The notes below the pieces were generated by a model that did not search any database, was not told the DNA's origin, and saw only the letters and a list, made by a program, of their open reading frames with translations. Shown here one piece after another: positions 1 to 11,882 of a stretch of DNA of 64,000 nucleotides (its first letter is position 1; each line of letters starts with the position of its first letter). A program made the translations under genes and the position numbers. Origin of the DNA: Gnetum montanum (Eukaryota; Plantae; Gnetophyta). The stretch covers positions 810,612 through 874,611 of the forward strand of contig MNCI01000596.1 in assembly GCA_015680685.1 (NCBI GenBank), in the 5' to 3' direction.

Positions 1-637
1 CAACAGCAACGGCAACTCGATCGGGCACATCAGCACAGCGCCCGCCAGTGGCTCAGGGGGGGGGGCGCTGCCCGTATAGCATTTTAGGCATTAGCTGTGA
101 GAGCTCCTGGGGGAGCTCAGATGACACATCCGGCGCACGTCCACTAGATTCCACCCTGATGCAGGGGATTCTCCGGCGGACCGGAGCAGGCGCGAGGCTC
201 TTATGCAGGGCTCCCAGCAAGCCGCTAACTTCGTGGACACCGAGGAGCATCGCGCCACCTTGGACCTACTTCATGAGTTGGAGCGGCCTCAGTGCGCCTA
301 TCGCCAGCTGCCAACCCTCCCCTAGCTCCCCCCCCCAGCCCAGTTTTTGGTGCTGTCGTCTTGTCTGTCTGTTGGGGTTGCGCCCCCCCTTCTCCCCCTT
401 TCTCATTTGTGTTTGGGGTGCACCCCCCCTTTTTTGTTGGGGTTTTTAAGGTTTTGAGGTCCGTATGTTTCTGTGGTTCGGTGGCTCAGCTTGGTGTCCT
501 CTGAGTTTGATCTTTTGCGGGATTCCGGGGCCCCCCCCCTTCGGGGTGGGCCACCCCTGGTCCCCCCCCGCTTGTACTTGTATACTCGTGTACCATACTT
601 TCAGTAATACAATCCCAAAAATTCTCTCAAAAAAAAA
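1..637 (+). mobile_element. 3' end of a poly(A)-tailed retroposed insert (LINE 3' end or retrocopy) inserted into gag of element A1
   Basis: GC- and CpG-rich block. It has a stop at 323-325, a T/G/C-tract 3' UTR, and ends AATACAATCCCAAAAATTCTCTC-A9 (629-637). It abuts mid-gag codons (NSYLITF). The 5' end and TSD lie outside the window. Confidence 0.7.
66..325 (+). pseudogene. J-domain (DnaJ/Hsp40-type) remnant at the C-terminus of an ORF
   Basis: Joining frames across the G-run at 109-113 gives RCPYSILGISCESSWG/ELR*HIRRTSTRFHPDAGDSPADRSRREALMQGSQQAANFVDTEEHRATLDLL. This contains PYxILG, HPD (152-160) and an RxxxD-like end. One frameshift and one TGA. Confidence 0.7.
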
Positions 638-3144
638 CTCTTACCTCATTACCTTCTGCTCTGAGTGCTTATTGGTACAAGCTTGGCCCTATAATATAAT
701 GCATATCTTCCCTATGTTGCAAACTAGAAAATTTTTAGACTAGAACTATGCTATACCTAGAGGCTCTATTACCTCTCTAGAAAACCTGATTTCATAATTT
801 GTTAATGATTTCAAGTACAAAATGAGGCCTGACACTAGATTATACCAACTAATGATAATCAAATAGGGGCCTCTTGAACTTATCCAAAAATTCATGCAAA
901 GATGGAATACTACCCTCAAAAAAAATTCCTGAGCCCATCTCTAAGACATATTTTTTAGTTATTTTCAAGAGGATGGTTAATGGTTTTGTCAAATCCAAGC
1001 TATATTACCTAGACCTATGCTTACTTAGCCAATTCTTTTCCCAAACAAAGAACATATAGGATGCTATGGAAGCAAGTAATGACCTAGCATATATAACATA
1101 TAAAATTTAGCACATAATAAAATCTATGGACAAGTGAAAATAGAACTGTGTAGCCATGGCCACCATGTCCAAAGATACAAAAACAAAACAAGGGCCAAAG
1201 ATGACCCAATGAAATGCCCGTACCATGACCACTAAAACTTCAACATTGAGTTCTTGTACATCTAATCATCATAGAACTAACTTTGAAATACATAATTAGT
1301 CCAAGTACATGAAGTTTTCCATGAAATTATCTATGCTTCTTGACTAGTTACTCAAGAGTGATCATATTCAATGTAAAAAAATGACTAAAAATACCCATAA
1401 AAGGCATGACCATTTATGTGAGATCACTAAAGATACCACTATGAACACCAAGGATAATCCACTTCTACCTAAATACTTTAAAATAGACTAGTTTTTCCAT
1501 TACCAATGGCTTCTAGGGCATGACATAGATTTTATCTGTGTTAAAGGATAATTTGTAGAGGATGATAGATAATGGTAGATTTATACCAACCATATCAAAT
1601 CTAGTAAGGCCTTAGAACCAAAGCATGCAGGTTTACAAGGACCTATTAAACACTAATAACAATCCTTATATGATAGTTACCTTTAACATTAGCAACAATT
1701 CTCAACATACTAGAGATCCATTTGTCATTCGAGTACCTCCTCATGATGAAAGGACTTCAACTTTAGTGAGTTTAAGAACTCCTTTTTTCATAAGGGTACC
1801 ATCATATGTGCCTCCCAAAGAGCCATTTGTGATTAGAGTACCCCCTCACACCATAATTAATCCTACAATCCAAATTGACCAACATCCTCCCATAGTAGTC
1901 AATGCAATAACTTCTATGCAATAAGATAACAAAATATCACCAATAAAACAATGCAAGAAGCCAGCTCCTAAGCCTAAGGTTATGGATAGTAAACACAAAG
2001 TTCTAGTAATATGTGGATTTTCCAAAGCCTACACCTATTTCAACCATTACCATTAGCTCTAATGCTAAAACAACTTTGACAAGTCAACTTAGGACAGATG
2101 ACAAACAACAAGAAAAAGGAAAGGAGCCAAAGCCACAAATACTAAAGCATGAGTGTAAAATTCTAGGAAAATGGAGAAAGCTAAGGGTAATAAGAATGAA
2201 AAAATAAAAAATAGTAACAAAGACTTCCACATGGCCATGGAATAAGTGAAGCTTTCACTTAAACAAAAGAACACTTCTCTAAGCTTATATGACCTAGTGA
2301 TGATCTCTCCTGCTCATTGTAAGGTCGTAGTTAAGATGTTGTGCTTTATTCCTGTCAGTGAAGACATTCTAGTCAACGAAGAGTCCATTCATGTATTAAT
2401 GGTACCACATTCTCCTAGGGAAGAAACAATGTTAGCTACCATAGTGTTTGATGATAGTGAGGTAAAGATCAGTTCACAAAGCAATGAACTATCAAAAGAT
2501 CCTCTCTTTATACTGTAAAGATTGGCCAATACAAGGTACACTAAGTACACATTGATGATGAAGTGGGAACAAATGTTGTACCATTTTCTATCATGAAACA
2601 TCTAGGATTGGTAGAACATATACAAAGCACTTCCATTTTTTCTCCTCACTCCTTTAATGAATCATGGGTAGTGGTGAAAGGATCCATTTCCTTAGACTTC
2701 ATTGCTAGGGAATAATTCCCCATGCCTATTGACTTCTTAGTGGTGGAAGAAATACCATGATTCAATCTAATCTTGGGAAGACCCTCGTTAGCCAAATTAC
2801 AAGAAGTCTCTTATCCTATATATGAAGAAATTCATCTACTTTATGAGGGAGATGAAAGTATAATTCATGGGAATAGTGCTAATACTTTATCAGTAAACAA
2901 TGTTAACATGGAGTAAGGATCTAAGGTAGAGTTTCAATAAAAAACTCTTTCCATCAAAAACAAAGTCAAGAGGAACAACAATGCGAACCAAGCCAAGAAC
3001 AAAAATAATAAGGCCATAAATTAAGAGTGGGAAGAGATCCCATTTAATGTTGTAAGATAAGGGAATGTGGAGTACAAAATTATGCAACAAAGACCTTACA
3101 CTTTCACTAATCTTTTAAAGATTAGAAAAAAGTTGCACAATTAA
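636..3144 (+). pseudogene. A1 gag-protease, degenerate
   Basis: SYLITFCSECLLVQAWPYNIMHIF aligns with gag of C1/D1. Degenerate zinc knuckle (LGHDID) near 1500-1530, protease motif VHIDDEVGTNVV near 2545-2580 and FNLILGRP near 2761. Ends IRKKLHN* at 3144. Confidence 0.85.
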
Positions 3145-6100
3145 GTATCTTGCGTAAGCGCTCAATCATGTATCATTGAATGTAGCCTTTCATTTTGTAG
3201 CATAGTTTTTAACTTTTTTTTTTACATATTTTTAGGTTAGCTTACATTAATCTAAATATTTTCGCCTTATTATGCCTTAGTTATTGCTTTACTTCCTAAC
3301 CTTTGCTTTACATTTTTATGTCAAGTTTATAATTTTTGTCCTTTTCCATTACTTTACATTTTCACATAAAACTATAAAATTCCATAAAAATCATGAAAAA
3401 TGTAACTCCATAAAAACTCTAAATCATAAAAAAATAAAAATAAAACAAGATTCTTTAAATTAAAACTAAAACAATAACCATAGTCACACTATGTGACAAC
3501 AAAAAATAATAATCATGCCATAGCCATAGTTGCATTGTGCAACAATCAAAACCAAAAATAATACATAGTATTTATTGGGCTATGATAGCCAAAATAAACA
3601 ACTATAACACTATAGCCTAAAAAAAATGTATCATGTCTAAAAATAACCATCATGATCTACATCATCGCTAATGTTATTGCCATTACTTGAAACCTATAAA
3701 CAACAAAAATATAAACAATTTGTAACCATCATAACCAAAAGCATAACTCTAAAACCATAAAAACTAAAAAATAATAAAGATAAAATATAACATAAAAAAT
3801 TTAAATGTTTTACACAAACCTTTGGGGATTCTAGAGCAATATCTTATGTGGCAAAGTTCTGAAGACTAGTCTCTATCCCATGAAGAATTTATCCTTCATT
3901 CAAATTAGCCTAATTGATTTCTCCTAAGTCTACTCCTTCTAGAACCTTTCTCCTATTTATGTTTATCCACCTGGAAGGCTCTCAGGATAAGGTGGTTATA
4001 GTAGTCTCTCAAGAGATAAAAGTGTTTGGTCTAAGGCTTGAAACATTGGGAGGGGTCACAACCCATGCACTATTCATCTCTACGGACTACTAACAATTTT
4101 GTAAACCTCCTAAGGTACATAGAAAAGAATGCAAAATGCATATGACAAATCATATCAATGTTTTGCAAAATTTTCAAATCTCATCCTCTAACCTAGTGAC
4201 AAAGAATGTATCCTAGTTAAACTTATTACTAGTAGTTAAGACCCTTTTCATGGTTCAAGCCTATTGAATGCCAATTGTCTTCTTCTAGGATAGCAACAAG
4301 GAAAATTATCTAGAGAAAAATAGAGGATAAGTTTTGTTGACTTCCTTAACTCTATAGTTGTCAAGGGTCAATGCTCCACTAATAGAAGAGCTAATCCATT
4401 CTTCCATTTCCTTTGTATGACTCACCTCTTTCCTTGCCCTTGAGAGGATCTTAACACCATCGAAAAGAATGCCAAAGAGATCACTAAATGTGAACTCATT
4501 AATATGTAGGACCATGGGGAAATCATATACATAAAAAAGAATTTAGTGATTCTATTATCAAAGGAGTCAATCACATTTAGCATCTCTAATTATGCCATTG
4601 ATTTACTAGGAAGCATAAACCAATCAAGCAAACCTACATCAGTGGTCTTCTACAAGATCTCCCTAGGAGCTTTGCTTGTCAGCCACTCTTGTGATGAGTC
4701 TAATTCACCCCAATTAAGCAGGATCTTCTCCTCTATACAACTCTAAATGATCATAGCAAAAGCAGACTCACACATAGACCTTGTAACCCAACATAAGTAT
4801 CGCGTTAGCATTTTGCATAAGTAGATAATTTAAGACTATAAAAGTATAAAACTCAAAAATAATTAACTAGAAAATAGGGATATTATCAAATTTGATCACA
4901 TTTAAATGAATGACACTCACCAAACTTTGGCAAAGTAAGAGCCTTAGGATGAGTGCTTGTACATACTCCTAGATCTAGGTGGCCCCACTAGTCATGTGCA
5001 CAATGGACATGTGTAGTACACATTGAAGTACCATGAAGTATACTTGCGAAATTCTTTACAGAGTTTGTTGAGCACTTCCAATCTTAAAGATTCATCTAGC
5101 ATGAACACATCTAAGGCTGTGCAAGACAAATATAGATATTTATCTTGCTTTTCCAATCCTCCACTCTATACCTAATGTCTGCAAAGAATCAACCACAACA
5201 ACAGGTAGAACAAATAAAACTTAGAAGCAATGAATAGATAAATAAAGTTTCAAACTAAAATAGAGCTTACACTGACAAGAGGTAAAAGGTCCCATGAGGA
5301 TTCTAAAACAAACTATTTATTCAGTGATCAATCATTAGGATGTTGTAAACATTGCATTGTGAGAACTCTGGTATCTCCTAGATCTATAATAACTTTTGCA
5401 ACCCCAAAGTAAATAGATTATTTTTTTGTTCAATCTATGCCTGGGTGTCAAGATTGTTGATCATAAACCTCATGATACAACTAGAAGACCTTCATAAGAG
5501 AGTCTCCATAATTATAGCTACAACATCCATTGCTAGGTGTGACCACATTATCACACAATAATTTTGGAGAAAATACATTAGAAATTCTTTTGCTATAGGT
5601 ATAAACCACACCCACTTACACTTATTAATGTGAAAATTAGGGTTTAAGCTATTTTGAGTAGCCATCCCTGTGTAGCATAAGATACCCACTAGCTCAATGA
5701 CAATTAGGATGGGTTTCAAAAATGCCATGCATAGCCAAAATGTATAGTCATAAGAAAACATTATAACATTAAGGCAAAATTTGACAATAGTAGGACAAAC
5801 AATAATACATGTAATGCTAGTGTTGCTACCAAAAGTGCACAAAAATATGCAAAATAACTGAATTCATTAGTTCCAGTTGTAACATAAACCAAATTTTAAC
5901 CTCTTGACAATTTTACAAACACTTGATATGAAAACTTACTAGTAGACATTTAAGCAAACAATTAGCATGAAACCAAGTATAAATAAGGCTAGCAAGACAA
6001 ATTGATAGTGTTGATGCCTTATGTATAAGAATTTGCAAGAAATATACTAGCCAAACCATCTTAGAAGCTCATATACTAGGATTAGGGAAGATTCAAGGAA

Positions 6101-7099
6101 AATTGGTAGTGGGAACATGAGTTTTATTGTATAATTGAAGCCATACACTACCATCAAAACTTGTGAAAAATCCCAACACATCCCATATAATGGTGAAAAA
6201 ACCATAGAAAATTTCATACATTGGCCATGATTCCTACAAAAAATTTCATTATAGCCTAAAACCCAAACCAAGATGACCAACATTATCAATATAGCCCAAA
6301 AACTTGCCCAAAAATTGCAATGAACTTACACAGTTCCCATGGCTAGGAAAAATTCATGTAAAATTTCAAAAATTACTTTTAGGTTTAAACACTAGGAATG
6401 AGTGCCAGATAGCCCAAACCCTCCTCCAACGCTACACAAACAACCTTAGAAAAATTAAAATTTTAACTCATAATTCTTTAGAATTTTGCTAAAAGAAACT
6501 AGTTTACAATGAAATGGCTATACTAAAACCTTTGAAAAAATATGAAAAAAATTCAAAAAATTTCAAACTTCATCTAGGGCCTCTCTATGCTACACTGGTA
6601 ACCTTTAGAGATCCTAGACACTACCCATAAGTGACTAAAAAGTTGTCAATGTTGTTAGTTTTTAGAGGAAAATTGTAGGAAAAGCAAAAAGCATTGTACA
6701 ATAGGTTGGAGAAAAGATCATAGAAAATAAAAAAATTATGATTCCACCTCTAGTGTCATTGTAAAACCTCATAATACAGTCCTATGAAGCCCAAAATTGA
6801 GATTTTCATTCCATGACCTTATAAAAAATATCAAAATTTGACCAATTTTCATCAAAATTAGAGAAAAAATGCTGAAAACAAGCTTTGAGAAAAAATTTAA
6901 ACCTCCATGGAAACATGCCTTTAAGCCAAAATTTTGTTATAGGTGCATTCACAAAACCTAAACCTTGTATTTGATGCAAATAGAACAAAAAATCTCAGTT
7001 GAAGCAGGCCTTGGCATAGGAAAATATCATCACAAGTTGGTATGAATTCAGAAAAAATTGGCAGGAGAAGGGTACCTAGTCATCCTGGAAGAAGGTCCT

Positions 7100-7893
7100 T
7101 GATGAGTTATCATTTTGTTGGCCACGATATCATGTATGCAATATCGTGGCCTATCTCCTCATCTATAAATAAGAGGTAGATAGTTCAGGTCCTTAGGTTT
7201 TTGGATTTTCTTCTAAGTGTTAGTTTTAAGTAGTTCTTCTCTTAACCATTTTCCTTTGAGTGTATGATCGCAGTGTGGTGATTGTAATTGTACAACATCC
7301 TTATTCGAGTGTGACGTACTTGGACATGCACATGACCAGAAATAAAGATCGAGATTACTTCATCATTATAGCATCCACTTAGCTTAATTATTTATTTAAT
7401 TGTTATTTACTGCTTTCTTAGTTAACATCTTCTTATCCTAAACTCCTATTAAATGCAGAATGAGTATGACTTGATCACGAGCATTTAAGTGTGACTACTT
7501 GGTAACCCAGTAGCATACCTAGGATCTGTGCTTGGTAATCCTAGTGGTAGTTGTGCACGAGGTCCAAGATGTGTATGGATGATTGAGGAATGGATGATCA
7601 TCACACTTAGGCTAGCTTAGATTCTCTCTCACCCTCTCTCTCTCTTAGCTTAGTTAATATTATTTTCCATTATCTTCAGGAGTAGTAGTAGTATAGGAAC
7701 ACATCATACACCTCACTCTAGCCTAAACCATATGTGACAAAGTTAATGCTAGTCCAGATGGGAAGACAACGAACTAGGACCTAAGAATAACTGTTTAGAT
7801 ACCACAACTAGTTCATCTATGAAGTTTGATTGGATCGTGTGTGAAACGCTCATATTCGTATGGTCGAGTGTAGGGGTACCTCGCCAGTCATCA
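7100..7893 (+). repeat. B1 5' LTR (794 bp)
   Basis: Direct repeat of 14700-15519, TG..CA ends, TATAAATA near 7165. Confidence 0.95.
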
Positions 7894-7894
7894 T

Positions 7895-7912
7895 TGGCGA
7901 TGTTGCCAGGGA
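7895..7912 (+). promoter_or_regulatory. B1 primer-binding site (tRNA-Asp type)
   Basis: TGGCGATGTTGCCAGGGA versus the Athila-type TGGCGCCGTTGCCGGGGA, 1 nt after the LTR. Confidence 0.85.
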
Positions 7913-8034
7913 TGGTGCTAGTTATCTAGATTAGTTATATCACACAAGGTCATTGTATAGGAATTAATGATATATCTTTTGAGAAAAAAATAATTATAAA
8001 AAGTCATATAAATTCACACATAATTTCACAACCA

Positions 8035-9999
8035 TGCCTCTCCTAGAAGACTACGATAATGCCACATCTAGTGAGGCAATTCATTGGAGAACCAACGAAC
8101 TATATGACAATGAATATTGGAGTATGCAATCTAAGGTGGGAGTTTCATATAAACATAAATGAATGCAACATCATTCCAATGCACAAAAGCATAACTTACC
8201 CAATGATGATGAACCCCTACTGGCCACTACAAGCCTAACGCAAATACAAGAGGCTGTTTGAATCTCTCATAGGCATTGTAAAGAGAGCCACCTATCCAAG
8301 CTTGATTTAAATAACTTCCCTAATTTCCTAGAAGGCTATGACTTAGATTTGCAACAACATTTACAAGCCTTCTATGATGCCTGTGCATGGAACAACATTG
8401 ATAATAGTTGGCAAAAACTCAAGCTCTTCCCTATGACACTCATTGGCCAAGAAAAAGTATGGTATAGATCATTAAAACCAAATTCAATACAATGTTGGCC
8501 AACAATGGTAGAACTCTTTAATGAAATATATCAAACTTATGCAACAGTGTCGGCCTTGAGGAAACAAATCCAAGAGTGGAAACAAGCATAGCATGAACCC
8601 TTGGACATGGCCTTAGAAAGATATTATGCACTGTTAAACAACTGTCTTCAAGGAAAGGCTAATGTGCCATATTATTGATGGGCTTCGTGATGCAACAAGA
8701 GAAACCCTAGGGATGTATGCCCAAGGTCAACTATAAAAACTATGAACCCATCAATTCCAAGAGCTTATTAAGCAGGTAGAAAAAGAAGAAGGAGAAATGG
8801 CTAGATGGGAGAGTGTTGAAAAACATCAATAGGACCAAAGTCTCAACTTAACAGAGGTCCATAATCACAAAAAGGAGAGATCAACCTATCTCAAGGAGGA
8901 AGAACCATCTTTGCGAGTACACCAATCATTAAAGGAAGTCGAGGCAAAGATCAATAAGATGTTGGAATGGACACATAAAAAGTGTGGAGAATATATCGAT
9001 ATTATTGGGAATAGAGCTTTAACAACCTAAGAAGTAGGACAAAGTATCACTAGACAATCGGAAAGAAGGGATGTGGAAGATAAGAGCTCAACTGCTAATC
9101 ATATGTATGAATGCAACATTTGTTTGTACGATCACCTCAAGGGCCAATGCCCAGTCTTGTTGCATTTATATGAGAATTGGGGAAACATGTTACACCCAGA
9201 GTTCATACAAAGATACTGTGTTTGATCACAGTGGCAACAATACCTAAACTGGAGACACCCTTCATATCATCTGAATCCAAATGCTTATCTAGTCCAATAT
9301 CCTGTTTCTCCAATTGGGTCAACATAGTCTATCTTTCCGCATTATCATTCTCCTCAATACTATTAGCCCATGTCCTTAACACAACCACCGCCTTGTGTAC
9401 CATACACTTCTCCTAATTTTCAATATTCTAATCCTTTCCCTCCTTCCATATCACCACCAACTGTTCTTGAAGTGTCTACACCACAGCAACAACCCATGAA
9501 CGTTACTTGTGCTACTATTTGCAACATTAGTGAGAGACCTCATCAACATTGAAGGTGTCCCTTCTTTAGACATGACCATAGGAAGGGACAACACAATTCC
9601 AAGGCCACTATATTCTCCAACTCAGCACAATTCCAACACCGTGGTGCACCCTTCTCTTTGAATCCAATGCCTCATGTTACTTCATTAGGGCCATCAATTA
9701 ACACTCCAACAACTATATAGCCAAATGAATACAACCATGGAGAGTGACATCCTAATCCTTGCATACCATCTTATGGTCCCAGGTATCATAGTGAGTCAAC
9801 TCTTTATCCGGAAACGACATCTCATAAATTGCCCCACTATGTTTACTATAATCAAGTGTGTGAACCCCAATGGGATAAGTATGACCAAATTTCAATGTTT
9901 CCAACATGCAAGGATCCTCACCTTTCATTTATTAATCCATGCCATGCTCAATCATTTAGTTATGGGGGATATCCCCCATTCTAATAACAAGTGAGATTA
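8035..9999 (+). pseudogene. B1 gag, degenerate
   Basis: QQHLQAFYDAC..KLKLFPMTLIGQEKVWYRSLKPNSIQCWPTMVELF is Retrotrans_gag-like. Zinc knuckle CNICLYDHLKGQC near 9112-9150, then a Pro-rich tail. The end is approximate. Confidence 0.85.
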
Positions 10000-11340
10000 A
10001 TAAATATTTTTCATTTTCTTTAATTTTACAACTTTTTGTTTTCCAGGTTTTCATTTTTCAATTTCTTGTTTTATCTTTTTGTTTTAAATTTTTGTCTTTT
10101 TATCTTTTTATAAGTAATCTCATCTATGAATAAAACACTCATGTGGCTTATTTGTTGAGGTGTGTTCTATGTTATTGAGTCTCAAATGATCAATTATTTG
10201 GACAGTGAGCCCATTACACCCACTCATCCATTCTACAAATAAGAGGTTTTGTTCGAGGGTATAGTGATATTCTTAACATTCTTAAAACTTAAAATTAATT
10301 TTATGTTCATTATACCTAGAATAAAGAAGGATGGAACAAGAGGAAATGATTAGGATGTGACATCAAGGGGACTTGCGGATTCTCTTTGGTGACATTTGTG
10401 GGAGTTATCAAGCAACGTGGTTGTAAGAGTAATCAAAAGGCACTCAAAAATCCAATGCTTTTCTAGGGGGTCCCATTGAAAATAGATGCACCCATGCCTA
10501 AATATTGGTGGCTTATCTGGATTCAGCAATTGAAAGAAAAAATAAGGAAGCAAAAGAAAAGTAGAAAGAAGAAGTGCCACAAAGCAAAAATCACTCCGTC
10601 CTTGAACTAAATGTCAAGTGATCGTACGCCTTGTTGTTTTGGTACTCTCATAGTCACTCATCATGGGATGAAACAATGTGGTGTCACTGATTAGAGGAAT
10701 GGACTTGGTCCTGATCTTGGAATGATAGGTTAATGACACACTAATCATGTTTTACACGTAGGATTCATCGTGCTCTAGGTCAATCACCTCATGTCCCAAT
10801 CTCTACAATCCCTTCTGTAGTCCATCTCATCTTGCTGTCCATGTAATTGTAGCTCATGTCTCGTATAGTGTAGAATTCTTACCTCATCCTGGTGATACTT
10901 TCATATGTGTGTTTTGTGGAATCAGTGTGGATTACATTTAACCCTTCGAGTGCACACGAACACTTTTAAGTGTGGTTACACAAGGGCATTATAGGTTGGA
11001 ACCTACTTTGGGGAGGATACACTTGCATAATTTTTGTAATTTGCACTCATAACCCATCTTCCACACACCATTTATTACCCTCAGCATATTGTCAACAATG
11101 TTCTTTCCCTTATTACTATCCCTCTGAATTCTAGTGTTCCTATGAACCATCACATGGCCTTTTTTTCTCCCTTACCACTTGAGGCCTTTAGCGATCAATT
11201 TCACCCACATATAAGTATTCATGCCTTCAAAACTAACTAAAGTACCCTCGAACCCTTTAACACTCACCTATATGTCCTTAATTTACATTATTAATTTCAG
11301 AAAAATCTGAAAATTTGGTCTATCGTGTTGTGCCTCAAAT

Positions 11341-11410
11341 ATCGATAGGCCGCGATATCGCGTACGCAATATCACGTAGGCGATATTGCATCACATATAC
11401 CTATATATAC
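11341..11410 (+). promoter_or_regulatory. Putative internal promoter of B1 ORF2
   Basis: Three GCGATATCGC-type palindromes followed by CTATATATA, the same layout as the LTR U3. Conserved in B2 at 52501-52560 with CTATAAATAG. Confidence 0.6.
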
Positions 11411-11882
11411 ATGACCCCCTGCCCCACTTACCATCATTTTCAACTATTCACATGGGGAATTTTTTCAAATTTCTCTCTACGACTTTCGATTGCATGTCGC
11501 TTGCTTTCATACCTATATCTCACTCGCTGGTCATCCGATATTCATTCCGTCTAAACCTACTTGAACTTGAAATGTTCAGCTTAGCCGTGTGGGAGGGACA
11601 CATGCCAAATAGCGCATAAATGTTTTGAAATTTTTCATCAGCCAAAGGAAATTATCAAGGGTAATTGGTTATAACATTAAGGATAAATGTGCCAAAAATA
11701 ATTTCATCTCCTTAGTTAGACTGGGAAACTAAATTTGGAAACCACCTAAGTAAAAAGGACTCACTATTATAATCTTTTAGGACACATGACATAGAGATAA
11801 AATAAATTAATTAAGGAAAGTAGTAAGGTATAACCTAACTTTTAAAATAACCTTGCTAACGATTGGCCCTGTGTGATTGCAG

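Noticed and set aside
48-449. 133-aa ORF-track call as a real protein
   Set aside because: Only the first part is in the J-domain frame. The rest is off-frame read-through into low-complexity UTR.
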